A stretch of 62,008 nucleotides of DNA from an uncultured bacterium (GTDB lineage: Bacteria > Schekmanbacteria > GWA2-38-11 > J061). Below the pieces are notes generated by a model that saw nothing but the letters and a program-made list of their open reading frames with translations, ran no database searches and was not told where the DNA came from. The position numbers were made by a program, and so were the translations under genes. The DNA lies in assembly GCA_964549305.1 (NCBI GenBank), contig CAZJVM010000008.1:1-62008 (forward strand), written 5' to 3'. Below, in pieces: positions 36,450-45,507 of this stretch (positions are counted from its first letter, which is position 1; each line of letters begins with the position of its first letter).

Positions 36450-37322
36450 ATGCGGCTGATTTTAATTGTCGTTGTTTCAATTCTTTTTATTCCCCTTTTC
36501 ACTTTCATTTCAAATGCAGATGATTCTCTCACCGCCGAGCAGAGCAGGTATCTGAAAAAAATGGAGTCATTTACGGAAAAGATGGAAGCGAGGGTTTTCG
36601 ATGCAGTGAAGAAACTCAACGGGCGCAATGACATAGAGGAAAAATCATTCACCTATGAAACTGCAGACTACAATGTGCAGGTTACAAGAGGCAAAGTGGT
36701 TGAAAAATGCGGAGTAATGAAGGTTGAAATCAAAGAGGCGCTTCCCCTTATGAGAATTCCCGAGCCCCTTGTTGCAAGATATATGCAGATAGATGTTTAT
36801 CCTAAAACACCGCTTGTCGGCATGCTCCATATTGCCCTCAATTTCGGATTCTTCAAGGACGGGAGCAACAATGTAAGCGGTACAATGGATATAACTCCCG
36901 GGACCGTGATAAAGGAAGACGAGGATTTTGTCAGGGGCGAACTCGACAGACTTTTCGAAAAACATGGCGAGGATATCGCCTCATACAGAAAACCCTTTTT
37001 TCACGGAGAGCACAAGGAAAGACTGAAGGCATCCTGTGTGGGCGTGAGCTTTTACAGATTTCCAAAACCAGGACTTCCTGAAGTAAACGACAAAAACTTC
37101 GAGCTTGTGACAAAAAGCGCGGAAACCTTGTTTGACGCTTATATCAAGCTTATCGAGAAACGCAGGGATGAAAAGTTCACTAAAGAGGACACAGACAATA
37201 TGTTCGATATGAGGAAACGCTGGCTTGAAAAGGAATTCTTCTGGGACAGATTTCCGTCATCGGGCACAGTTCCCTATGAAGTCTGGTCGATGCAGGACTT
37301 ACCGCCTGAAGTTAGGTTTTAA
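36450..37322 (+). CDS. HemF (coproporphyrinogen III oxidase)-like protein with a Sec signal peptide
   Basis: GKVVEKCGV (cf. G.VFEKAGV), PKTPLVGMLH, MDITP (cf. DLTP), RKRWLE...WDR (cf. RGRYVEFNL.WDR), LPPEVRF (cf. LPPLVRW); hydrophobic N-terminus ending SNA. Confidence 0.65.
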   Translation: MRLILIVVVSILFIPLFTFISNADDSLTAEQSRYLKKMESFTEKMEARVFDAVKKLNGRNDIEEKSFTYETADYNVQVTRGKVVEKCGVMKVEIKEALPLMRIPEPLVARYMQIDVYPKTPLVGMLHIALNFGFFKDGSNNVSGTMDITPGTVIKEDEDFVRGELDRLFEKHGEDIASYRKPFFHGEHKERLKASCVGVSFYRFPKPGLPEVNDKNFELVTKSAETLFDAYIKLIEKRRDEKFTKEDTDNMFDMRKRWLEKEFFWDRFPSSGTVPYEVWSMQDLPPEVRF

Positions 37323-37340
37323 ATGAGGGGGAGATATTTT

Positions 37341-38273
37341 ATGAAAAAATCGAATAAAAGCGTCATCCTTGTTTTTTTGATTCTTTTTTTATCTTCGTTC
37401 CTTTCCGCTTCCTTTGCCGAGGAGAGCAGAAGCAGGGAAGTCGCAAAGGGAATTTATGCCGTAACAGACCTTGGCTTTTCAAACTGTGGATTTATAGTGA
37501 CCGATGACGGCGTTGTCGTCGTGGACACCACAATGATTCCTATGTTTGCGGAAGACTTACTGGCTGAGATAAAGAAAATTACGGACAAACCTGTGAAGTT
37601 TGCCATTAACACGCATTGGCACACGGATCACGTGGGCGGAAACCAAACCTTTGCCGCAAAAGGGATTCCCATAATAGGGCATACTTTTACAAAGGAAAAA
37701 ATCGCCAAGAGAAGGGCTGAGCAGGATTCCGGCAAGATCGATGAGTCGCTAAAGATGTTCGGAGCAGATTTCAGATTTACCCCTCCCGACATATCATTTG
37801 AAAAGGAAAAAACTATTTCTTTGGGCGGCAGGGATATTATCCTTAGGTATTTGGGCGGTGGTCATACGGCAGGGGATATTGTCGTATATGTGCCGGACGC
37901 AAAGGTGCTTTTCAGCGGAGACCTTTTCCTCAAGGGGTCCGGACTTCCCGATTACAGGGATGACGCGAATATCGATGCTCATATAAATGCCTTGAAGGAA
38001 CTTCTGAAAATGGATATAGATAAAATAGTCTGCGGGCATCTCGAATCTATGGGGGCGGGCGTTTACACTGCGGAAAAAAAAGATATTCAGCTATCCCTCG
38101 ATAAGATGACCGCATTCAGGGCAGAGATTAAAAAGTTTGTCGATGAAGGTATTCCCGCTGAGAAAGCGGCAGAATCGTTGAAATTCCCTGAAGGCGAAAA
38201 TCCCTTTTATAAAAAGAATTTTAATAAACTTATTTTAAAGGTTTACGGGGATCTTAAAAATTTAAAAAACTGA
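37341..38273 (+). CDS. exported MBL-fold metallo-hydrolase
   Basis: Signal peptide; NCGFIV.DDGVVVVDT, THWHTDHVGGN, GHTAGD, LFSGDL, CGH. Confidence 0.88.
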   Translation: MKKSNKSVILVFLILFLSSFLSASFAEESRSREVAKGIYAVTDLGFSNCGFIVTDDGVVVVDTTMIPMFAEDLLAEIKKITDKPVKFAINTHWHTDHVGGNQTFAAKGIPIIGHTFTKEKIAKRRAEQDSGKIDESLKMFGADFRFTPPDISFEKEKTISLGGRDIILRYLGGGHTAGDIVVYVPDAKVLFSGDLFLKGSGLPDYRDDANIDAHINALKELLKMDIDKIVCGHLESMGAGVYTAEKKDIQLSLDKMTAFRAEIKKFVDEGIPAEKAAESLKFPEGENPFYKKNFNKLILKVYGDLKNLKN

Positions 38274-38282
38274 GGGGACGAA

Positions 38283-39392
38283 ATGAAAGACAATAAAGAA
38301 AAAAGGTTTTGTTCTAAAGTGAACAGAAGGTCTTTTATGAAAAGCAGTGCAGTCGCTGTCGCGGCGCTTTCGGTTAATCCTTCAAAAGTTTTTGCGGAAT
38401 CTGAAAAAACGGAAATTCCGAAGTATCCTTTGCCTGCAAAATCTGTAGTTTCCGTGACCGAAGATTTAAAATCGATTACGCAGGGATTTGCAATCGACAA
38501 AGGGCGTGTCAGGAAAATGATAGACGAAGGAATCAAGAATATGACAGGCGCTAAAAATCTCAGTGAGGCGTGGTCTGCGGTTTTCCCCGATTTAAAGGAA
38601 AAGGAAGTCATAGGTCTCAAGGTCAATTCAATCAATCCCCGAATTCCGTCCCACCCCGAAGTAGGTTATTCGATAGTCGACAGTATGGTTGAAGGGGGAA
38701 TAAACAAGCAGAATATTCTTATTTGGGACAATGTGGACGCGTTTCTCATCAACTCCGGTTACAAGATTAATGACGGGAAGGAGGGATACAGGTGTTACGG
38801 CACATATCACGACAAAAGTATATGGCTTGACCCTGAAGCAAAGGTTTATATAAATTGCGAAAACATAGTGAATACGCACAGCAAGATTTTGTCACAGCAT
38901 ATAGACTACCTCATAAATGTTCCTGTCCTTAAGAAGTCTGAATTTGCGGGAGTCAGTCTTTCGATGAAGAATATGTACGGCACGATACATCTTTCCGAGC
39001 AAGCGACCTTTAACCCCATGTCATTGACGGAACACCAGATAGACGTCATAGAAAAGATGCATGCCCACAATGCCAATCCGCAGATAGCAGAAGTTAACGC
39101 GAGCGAGCAGTTGATGAAAAAAACTAAGCTTGTCATCCTCGACGCCCTTATGGGAATTTACGAGGGAAGCGCCCATGTAAAACCGCAGGGAGTAAACCAT
39201 AAGATAATAATGACTCCTGACAGAGTTGCTAACGATCTTACGGGAATGAAGATTATAAACGAAGAGAGAAGGAAACGCGGAAAGACCCTTATTTCAAAGG
39301 AGTATGCGGGACATATATGGTCGGCGGAAAAACTCGGAGTGGGCAATGCCGATGAAAGTAAAATTGAAGTAAGGAAATCCTCGGTGTCGTAG
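38283..39392 (+). CDS. Tat-exported DUF362-family protein
   Basis: NRRSFMK twin-Arg signal; IGLKVN, SHPEV, DYLINVPVLK, GVSLSMKNMYG, LVILDAL, DRVAND. Confidence 0.8.
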   Translation: MKDNKEKRFCSKVNRRSFMKSSAVAVAALSVNPSKVFAESEKTEIPKYPLPAKSVVSVTEDLKSITQGFAIDKGRVRKMIDEGIKNMTGAKNLSEAWSAVFPDLKEKEVIGLKVNSINPRIPSHPEVGYSIVDSMVEGGINKQNILIWDNVDAFLINSGYKINDGKEGYRCYGTYHDKSIWLDPEAKVYINCENIVNTHSKILSQHIDYLINVPVLKKSEFAGVSLSMKNMYGTIHLSEQATFNPMSLTEHQIDVIEKMHAHNANPQIAEVNASEQLMKKTKLVILDALMGIYEGSAHVKPQGVNHKIIMTPDRVANDLTGMKIINEERRKRGKTLISKEYAGHIWSAEKLGVGNADESKIEVRKSSVS

Positions 39393-39426
39393 GGATGGGT
39401 GCGGATTATTAATTTTAAGCGGAGAG

Positions 39427-40167
39427 ATGAAGATGCATTATAAGGATTTTGAAGGAATTTTTGAGGAAAAGTTCAGTAATTTTTTAAAGGAGATGGATTG
39501 CAGCAGCAATGTGGTGGCGCAGAAGGGAGAAGAGAAACTAAGGCTTAAAGTTTACAGGAAACAGAATCCGGGGAGTTTCCCATTTAAGAAAATATCATTT
39601 ATGGTTCTTGAAGACGGATGGGTGAAAAACAAGGACGACAAGTCTCAGGTGGATAAATGCGAATTTACCGTGGCGAGTTTTACGCCTTCGGAAGACGTTC
39701 CACTGCCGATTTTCGCTTTTGAGGCATCAGTGCATATTGGAATGTATGACCATCTCAATGTTGACCTTTTTATGCTCTCGAAAAACGAAAAATACAGGGA
39801 GGTTCTCGCGAAACCGGTTTGCGAACTCAGGCAAAAATATAAATCCCTTGAGGGACTTCTTCCCGGTGTAAGAAAACCGATGCTTGCCGACTATACTTCT
39901 GGCGGTATGATGGCGGGGGATTTTACAGAAGCGCAGAGGGAACAAACCATCCCGTGGATTCTCGAATATGCTGACCTTTACAGGAAGTTTGCCGAAGACG
40001 CGGACAATATACCGGTGCTTCACGATGAAGCGGTTGTCGGGGAGGGGAGGAAAACGGGAGAGATGTTTGCCGCGATGTTTATAAAGGCGACACCCGGCAT
40101 ACTCAATGATGTACCTAATCTTGCAGATGGGGAAACAGGCAAAAAGCTTGGAGAACTGCTCTTTTAG
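39427..40167 (+). CDS. hypothetical protein, possible ferredoxin-dependent bilin reductase/RCC-reductase-like fold
   Basis: GGAG RBS; segment FTPSEDVPLPIFAFE...NVDL..LSKNEKY resembles the FDBR P..YDLP.FG.D...D..P core; 246 aa fits the family. The similarity is weak. Confidence 0.45.
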   Translation: MKMHYKDFEGIFEEKFSNFLKEMDCSSNVVAQKGEEKLRLKVYRKQNPGSFPFKKISFMVLEDGWVKNKDDKSQVDKCEFTVASFTPSEDVPLPIFAFEASVHIGMYDHLNVDLFMLSKNEKYREVLAKPVCELRQKYKSLEGLLPGVRKPMLADYTSGGMMAGDFTEAQREQTIPWILEYADLYRKFAEDADNIPVLHDEAVVGEGRKTGEMFAAMFIKATPGILNDVPNLADGETGKKLGELLF

Positions 40168-40215
40168 AAATGAATTGAAGTTTTGGAAGTTAACTCAAAT
40201 AAAAGGAGATTTTTT

Positions 40216-40863
40216 ATGAGCGATGTATCGAGGCGCAAGTTTGGAAAGACACTCCTTAAGGGTGGAGGCGCATTGACTCTTCTTTCCGTTCTGAACAGTC
40301 CGGGCGCGGTATTCGGATCGATGAAGTTTTCTCTTGACGAGGAGAAATTCCTGAAAAGGGGCGACAAGGAGCTTGGTTACGCCCTTAAATCCCTCTTTAT
40401 GACTTATGACAGTGTTTCACCATATCCTCATAAGTTTAATGAAACCATTTCAAAAGCTCAGCTTCAGGCGCTTGAATTTGAGTGGAAGAAGGGATACGGC
40501 AAGGAATATGTTGAACACTATATTATGACGATGACTCCGCTATTGAAAAAAATAGGCAAAATGGCAGAGAAGAGGGGAGACGAATTCGGGATTATGGGAA
40601 TGTTCGAAGGAACAACCTGTTCTTATCAGCTTTATGAGAAAATTAACATTAAGGAGGGTGAACGCTCTTTTCCCTGTCCTTTCAGAGACAAACTTTATGA
40701 CTGCAAGCAGTGGTTAGGCGCGGAGACGGGAGATTTTGATTTTGAGCTTCTTGATGTGTGCAATAAGTGGTGCACACCTGTATGGGAAGGCTTTGCAAAG
40801 GAGATAGGAATTAAAATAAAGGCCTATCCCGGTGAAATCTGCAAGGTAAAACTTGTTTCCTAA
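40216..40863 (+). CDS. Tat-exported Cys-motif protein (paralogue 1; possibly V4R/ATC-hydrolase-like)
   Basis: AAGGAG RBS; SRRKFGK Tat motif; CSYQLYE...ERSFPCPF...CNKWCTPVW...GEIC. Confidence 0.7.
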   Translation: MSDVSRRKFGKTLLKGGGALTLLSVLNSPGAVFGSMKFSLDEEKFLKRGDKELGYALKSLFMTYDSVSPYPHKFNETISKAQLQALEFEWKKGYGKEYVEHYIMTMTPLLKKIGKMAEKRGDEFGIMGMFEGTTCSYQLYEKINIKEGERSFPCPFRDKLYDCKQWLGAETGDFDFELLDVCNKWCTPVWEGFAKEIGIKIKAYPGEICKVKLVS

Positions 40864-40891
40864 ATTAATTATTTTTTCAGGAGAAAAACTA

Positions 40892-41563
40892 ATGTCTGAA
40901 AATAATGCAAATAAGGAGCTTAACATGACAATATTGGATGAGTTGGCAAAAGATAAAATGAAAAGGCGCGATTTTGCCAAGAAAGCGACAGGCGTGGGTT
41001 TTCTGTCAGCATTGACGATTATGAATATTCCCCGTTCCGCAAATGCGTGGCTTGACGAGGAGTTTGCAGAAAGGGACGACCTTGTAGACGGATTGAAGGT
41101 TCTTGTAAAGACATACAGCAACAATGAACCCTATCTTCACAAATTCTATGACGCTCTTGTAAAGATTCATCTCAGAAATCTTGATTTCAACGTTAGAAAA
41201 GGGATAGAAGCAGATTATGTGGAGCACTATGCGAATGTTTTAACTCCCGTAATCGAAAGGCATATTAAGCCTGCCATACAAAAAACCGGGAACAAGGATT
41301 TCTATCTCTGGGGGATTTTTGAAAGGACAAGCTGTTCATATCAGCTCTATGAATACATAGACATCAAGAAGGATGAACGCTCTTTCCCCTGTCCCTACAA
41401 GGAAATCCTCGAAAATATCCAGAAGTATCTTGGGACATACAAGATAGAGTGGAAAGATGTATGCAGTAAGTGGTGCATACCCGTATGGGAGCATTTTGCC
41501 GAGAAAGCCGGAGTTAAGGTGAAAGCCGAACCGGGAGAAATGTGCAAGGTAAATGTTGTCTGA
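40892..41563 (+). CDS. Tat-exported Cys-motif protein (paralogue 2)
   Basis: AGGAG RBS; KRRDFAK Tat motif, ANA cleavage site; CSYQLYE...ERSFPCPY...CSKWCIPVW...GEMC. Confidence 0.7.
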   Translation: MSENNANKELNMTILDELAKDKMKRRDFAKKATGVGFLSALTIMNIPRSANAWLDEEFAERDDLVDGLKVLVKTYSNNEPYLHKFYDALVKIHLRNLDFNVRKGIEADYVEHYANVLTPVIERHIKPAIQKTGNKDFYLWGIFERTSCSYQLYEYIDIKKDERSFPCPYKEILENIQKYLGTYKIEWKDVCSKWCIPVWEHFAEKAGVKVKAEPGEMCKVNVV

Positions 41564-41586
41564 CAATAGCGGTTAGAAAAAATAAA

Positions 41587-41628
41587 AGAAAGGCACGGAG
41601 TTTTTAATTCCGTGCCTTTTCTGTTTTT
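41587..41628. terminator. bidirectional intrinsic terminator
   Basis: AAAGGCACGGA/TCCGTGCCTTT stem flanked by A- and T-runs, between convergent genes. Confidence 0.8.
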
Positions 41629-41633
41629 AATCG

Positions 41634-42845
41634 TCAAAGGTACACAACATCATCCTGAGTGTAAAGAGACAGGAAGAGAAGCATATATTCCTTCATATGC
41701 CTTGTAAGAAGGAAATTCTGCCTTATATGTTCCTTTCCGTTTATACCAAGCTGTTTCGCGAAGTCTGGAGAGTTGAGAATCTGCTTCAACGCAAACGCCG
41801 CGCCTTCTATTGAATGGCACAACATTCCCGACTGCTTATGTTTTATCTGAAGAGGGATGCCGCCCACATTCGATGCAACTACCGGTTTCTCCTTCCAAAG
41901 TGCTTCTGAAACGGTAAGCCCGAATCCCTCTTTGAGGGATTTTTGAATTATAACAGTCGAAGCGCGCTGAAGGGCGTTTATAACTATGTCATCCTGAGGC
42001 AGGAGGAGAATATGTATGTCTTTGTCACCTTCCGCCCTGTTTTGTACCTCCTCAAGAACCTGAAGTCCTTCGGGGTCATCTGTCGCCGTGCCTCCGGCGA
42101 GGATGAGACGGCAGTCGATATGGCGCTTTACCTGCTTGTAGGCGTCGATGACACCCACAGGGTCCTTTAAGCGGTCAAATCGGGAAATCTGCGTAATTAT
42201 CGGCTTGTCCGTGGGGACTTTGTATTTCTCGAGGACCTTGTCTATGGTTTCCTGCGGAAGCTCTTTGTTTTTATCACTTAAAGGGTCAATGGACGGTGAA
42301 ATCATAAACTGCCTTATGGGAAGTTTCTGTGAGAATATGGGCGCGGAAAAGACCGATGAATCATAGTTGACTATGAATTGCATCAGAAAATTCCATACTG
42401 ATTGTTCCGGATTGGAAACGTCTATATGGCATCTCCATATCCACTTATTGCTAGTTTTTTTCTTAATGAGCCCAATCGGTTGAGGGTCGTGGATGAATAC
42501 AATATCTCCCCGCATATCCATCTTTTGAATATTGTCTTCGCTTGTAGCGAGGAATGTTTCGAAATCCTTCTGAACGATATTCTGATTACTTCCGTGAAGA
42601 GCGTTGTGAAATTTTTTCGTGACATCGAAGAAATCGGGATTGCCTTCTATTACATCCCAGACCGCATCGACTCCGATTTCCCTCAGGAGAGGAATCATCC
42701 TGTTCAGGATTTCCGCCACTCCACCGCCCACGGAAGTGGAGTTTACATTTTGAATGAGCTTGCCTTTCAGTTTTTCCGAGAGGAGTTTCAGGTCGTCTAT
42801 CACTGCCTGTCCGACAATAGGTACATATTCATCGATTTTTGCCAT
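41634..42845 (-). CDS. treT: trehalose synthase TreT-like GT4 glycosyltransferase
   Basis: VNSTSVGGGVAEIL, TKKFHNALHG, IHDPQP, WIWRCHID, PSIDPLS.KN, QISRFDRLKDP, QKSLKEGFGLTVSEA. Confidence 0.88.
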   Translation of the reverse strand: MAKIDEYVPIVGQAVIDDLKLLSEKLKGKLIQNVNSTSVGGGVAEILNRMIPLLREIGVDAVWDVIEGNPDFFDVTKKFHNALHGSNQNIVQKDFETFLATSEDNIQKMDMRGDIVFIHDPQPIGLIKKKTSNKWIWRCHIDVSNPEQSVWNFLMQFIVNYDSSVFSAPIFSQKLPIRQFMISPSIDPLSDKNKELPQETIDKVLEKYKVPTDKPIITQISRFDRLKDPVGVIDAYKQVKRHIDCRLILAGGTATDDPEGLQVLEEVQNRAEGDKDIHILLLPQDDIVINALQRASTVIIQKSLKEGFGLTVSEALWKEKPVVASNVGGIPLQIKHKQSGMLCHSIEGAAFALKQILNSPDFAKQLGINGKEHIRQNFLLTRHMKEYMLLFLSLYTQDDVVYL

Positions 42846-42850
42846 ATAGT

Positions 42851-43519
42851 TTAGTCCTTATTGTTTTCTATAATATCTATTATTGCCGTTTTTAGATTTT
42901 CCAGCGAATATGTATAAGGATCGAGTTTCGCGATTTTGTCCGCCAGAGGCTTGTTCCACATGGAAGTTTCAAACCATAACGAGAAGTCATTGGGGCCTCT
43001 TTCAAGGCGAAGGCGCGCTTCGAAAATATGAAAATAGATGGAGTCAAGGGTGATTTTTTTTAGTATTTCCACAAACTCCTTCGTGTCATTTGCCTTGTGC
43101 CGGGTTGGTACGATGAAGCTCACTGATTTTACGAAATCGAACTCTTCTCCCTTTCGTGCGAATTTCAGTTTTGCCACGGGATTTTCGTTCAGGTAGTTTT
43201 CCACTGTGAGAATTATCTTTTCCCGAAGTTCCCTTATTGTGGGAAATTCTATCGTATCGATGCTTGCGAGTTTTTCGCTAAGCTCCTCTTCGCTCAGCGC
43301 ATCTTCAATCCAAAAGGCAAAATCGTTCGGCGGCGCCGGTGATATATATTGATGCTGTTGTATGAATCTGTGTGTATGGTGATAAATGCACGACCCCGGC
43401 ACTTCCTTCAGCAGATAGAGAAATTCGTTAAGATTAGACGCGCGAAGTCCCGTGAGCTCCGAAATGTGAAGTCTCGTATGAAAATGAAAGGGTTGTTTTG
43501 CCTTATCAAGTCCCGCCAT
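42851..43519 (-). CDS. DUF5752-family protein (TreT-associated)
   Basis: Internal repeat (IYHH..NDFAFW / IYFH..NDFSLW); lies immediately upstream of treT. Confidence 0.72.
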   Translation of the reverse strand: MAGLDKAKQPFHFHTRLHISELTGLRASNLNEFLYLLKEVPGSCIYHHTHRFIQQHQYISPAPPNDFAFWIEDALSEEELSEKLASIDTIEFPTIRELREKIILTVENYLNENPVAKLKFARKGEEFDFVKSVSFIVPTRHKANDTKEFVEILKKITLDSIYFHIFEARLRLERGPNDFSLWFETSMWNKPLADKIAKLDPYTYSLENLKTAIIDIIENNKD

Positions 43520-44321
43520 TTCTTTCCTTCCTTTTTAAGTTTAAAAACCTCTGCAGTAATTCGGCTGTTTCTGAAGTATTTTTCAGATAAAAATCAGCAA
43601 TTGAGCTTGCCGATTTTCCCACTCTTACGCAAAGCCCTTTTTTTTGCATATATCCGAAAGCATCTTCATCGGTTTTATCATCACCGATGTAAACAGGAAA
43701 ACATTTTTTTCCCTTATGATTCTCCTGAAATTCCTTAAGGATAAAATCAACTGCTTTGCCCTTATGCCATTCAACGGACGGTCTTATTTCAATCACTTTT
43801 TTACCGCGCCGTATATCTATTTCATTATTGTCAGCATATTTTCTCACTATGCCCGCGAACACCTTTTTCGCGCCGACTGCATCTTTATTGTTTATCATCC
43901 TGTAATGAAACGTAAGGGATATTTTCTTATCCTCCACTATGGCGCCTTTGAATTTCAGAAGCTCTGCCTCCAGTTCCTCTTTTATTTTTTTTAGCTTTTT
44001 AAGGTATGCTGCGAGATTGCCGATTTTGGGCTTTTTTTTGGTACCGCTAACTTCAAATCCGTGATTTCCGGAATAAATTATTTTGTTGATTCCCACCTTT
44101 GATTTTAAGTCATTAAGAGACCTTCCGCTGATTATGGCAAGTTTAATTTCTTTCAGAAGGGATAAGCTCTTTAGAATATTTTTAGTTTTTTCAGGCAGGT
44201 CAGCCTTGTGGGGATTCTCAACAATAGGCGACAGAGTACCGTCATAATCCAAAAAAAGGAAGATATCTTTTCTGCCGACTTTTTTTTCTATTTCTTTCCA
44301 GTGAGGGAAGAGATATTTCAT
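43506..44321 (-). CDS. otsB: trehalose-6-phosphate phosphatase
   Basis: LDYDGTLSPI, ISGR, GNHGFE, HYR, EIRP..WHKG, YIGDDKTDEDAF (HAD motifs). Confidence 0.92.
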   Translation of the reverse strand: MKYLFPHWKEIEKKVGRKDIFLFLDYDGTLSPIVENPHKADLPEKTKNILKSLSLLKEIKLAIISGRSLNDLKSKVGINKIIYSGNHGFEVSGTKKKPKIGNLAAYLKKLKKIKEELEAELLKFKGAIVEDKKISLTFHYRMINNKDAVGAKKVFAGIVRKYADNNEIDIRRGKKVIEIRPSVEWHKGKAVDFILKEFQENHKGKKCFPVYIGDDKTDEDAFGYMQKKGLCVRVGKSASSIADFYLKNTSETAELLQRFLNLKRKERNGGT

Positions 44322-45505
44322 TATTTTGTGCCGGTCGTTATTTCACCCGCTTTTACAAGTGCAAACTTGCTGCAGAGAGGCCCCACAAGCTCATATATGA
44401 CAGTAGTGGCGACTATAGTGCTGAATATCATATTTCCTACTTCCGGAAAATCGTTTTTTGCGATGAGGGCGCAGGCAAGCGCTACACCTGCCTGAGGTAT
44501 AAGCCCGAGGCCGATATATTTCCTTACACTCGCGGGCGATTTTCCTATGGTTCCACCAAGTCCCGCGCCGGAAACTTTACCTACTACACGGATTAAAAGA
44601 TAGGAAATTCCCATCACACCAAGCTTCGGTAAAAGCCCTATTTCAAGGTTTGCCCCTGCTATAACGAAGAAAAGCAGAAAGAGTTGGGAATCTATCGTGT
44701 TAAGAGAGTCAAAAAACTGAAAAGAAGACTTATTGATATTTACAAGAACGCTTCCAAAAAACATATTTGCAAGAAGCACGGATAGGTTTAGTTTTATCGC
44801 AAGACCTATGGTAAGCAGGACAAATCCGAGAGTAAAAGTAAGCAGTTCGGTTTTTGTTTTTATGAATTTTGACAGATATGAAAGCAGATACGCGATTACT
44901 CCTCCCAGAAGAAATGCGCCGAATATTTCAAAAAGCGAAAACCCGAAGGTTTTGAGAAGATACGAGGGGGCGACAAGATGGCTGTACAGCGCTCTTGAAA
45001 TAGCAAGTGACAAGGCGAAGATTATCAGACCCCACGCGTCGTCAATTGCCACAACGCTTAAGAGCGTGTCGGTGAAAACACCCTTTGTCCTGTATTCCCT
45101 TATGACCATTATTGTGGCAACCGGGTCTGTTGCCGCGGCAATGGCACCGAAGAGAAGGGATATATAAAGAGGTTGATTCACGATGAAAAAGAATCCTGCT
45201 GTAACGAGTGACCATGCCCCGAAGGATTCAAGAATCGATATCCACATTACCGATTTTCCGATTTTTCTGAAGGTGCTTATCTGAAAATTCTGTCCTATGC
45301 CGAAGGCGATTATTCCAAGCACCACATTTGATATAAGATTTGAAGACGAGAGCAGTTTGCCGGGAGCAAGATTAAGCAGATGGGGACCTATAAGTATTCC
45401 CAAAATGATATAAGCGGTTACCACGGGAAGTTTCAGTTTAGCTATCAATCTTGCAGAGAGAAGAGAGATTAGGAAGATAAAGCCCGTGCCAAGAATTAAA
45501 TTCAT
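44321..45505 (-). CDS. cation:proton antiporter (CPA2/Kef-like, membrane domain only)
   Basis: About 12 TM segments; GILIGP, AATDPVAT, VVAIDDA, FFVIAGA, PQAGVA. Confidence 0.88.
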   Translation of the reverse strand: MNLILGTGFIFLISLLSARLIAKLKLPVVTAYIILGILIGPHLLNLAPGKLLSSSNLISNVVLGIIAFGIGQNFQISTFRKIGKSVMWISILESFGAWSLVTAGFFFIVNQPLYISLLFGAIAAATDPVATIMVIREYRTKGVFTDTLLSVVAIDDAWGLIIFALSLAISRALYSHLVAPSYLLKTFGFSLFEIFGAFLLGGVIAYLLSYLSKFIKTKTELLTFTLGFVLLTIGLAIKLNLSVLLANMFFGSVLVNINKSSFQFFDSLNTIDSQLFLLFFVIAGANLEIGLLPKLGVMGISYLLIRVVGKVSGAGLGGTIGKSPASVRKYIGLGLIPQAGVALACALIAKNDFPEVGNMIFSTIVATTVIYELVGPLCSKFALVKAGEITTGTK

Positions 45506-45507
45506 TT

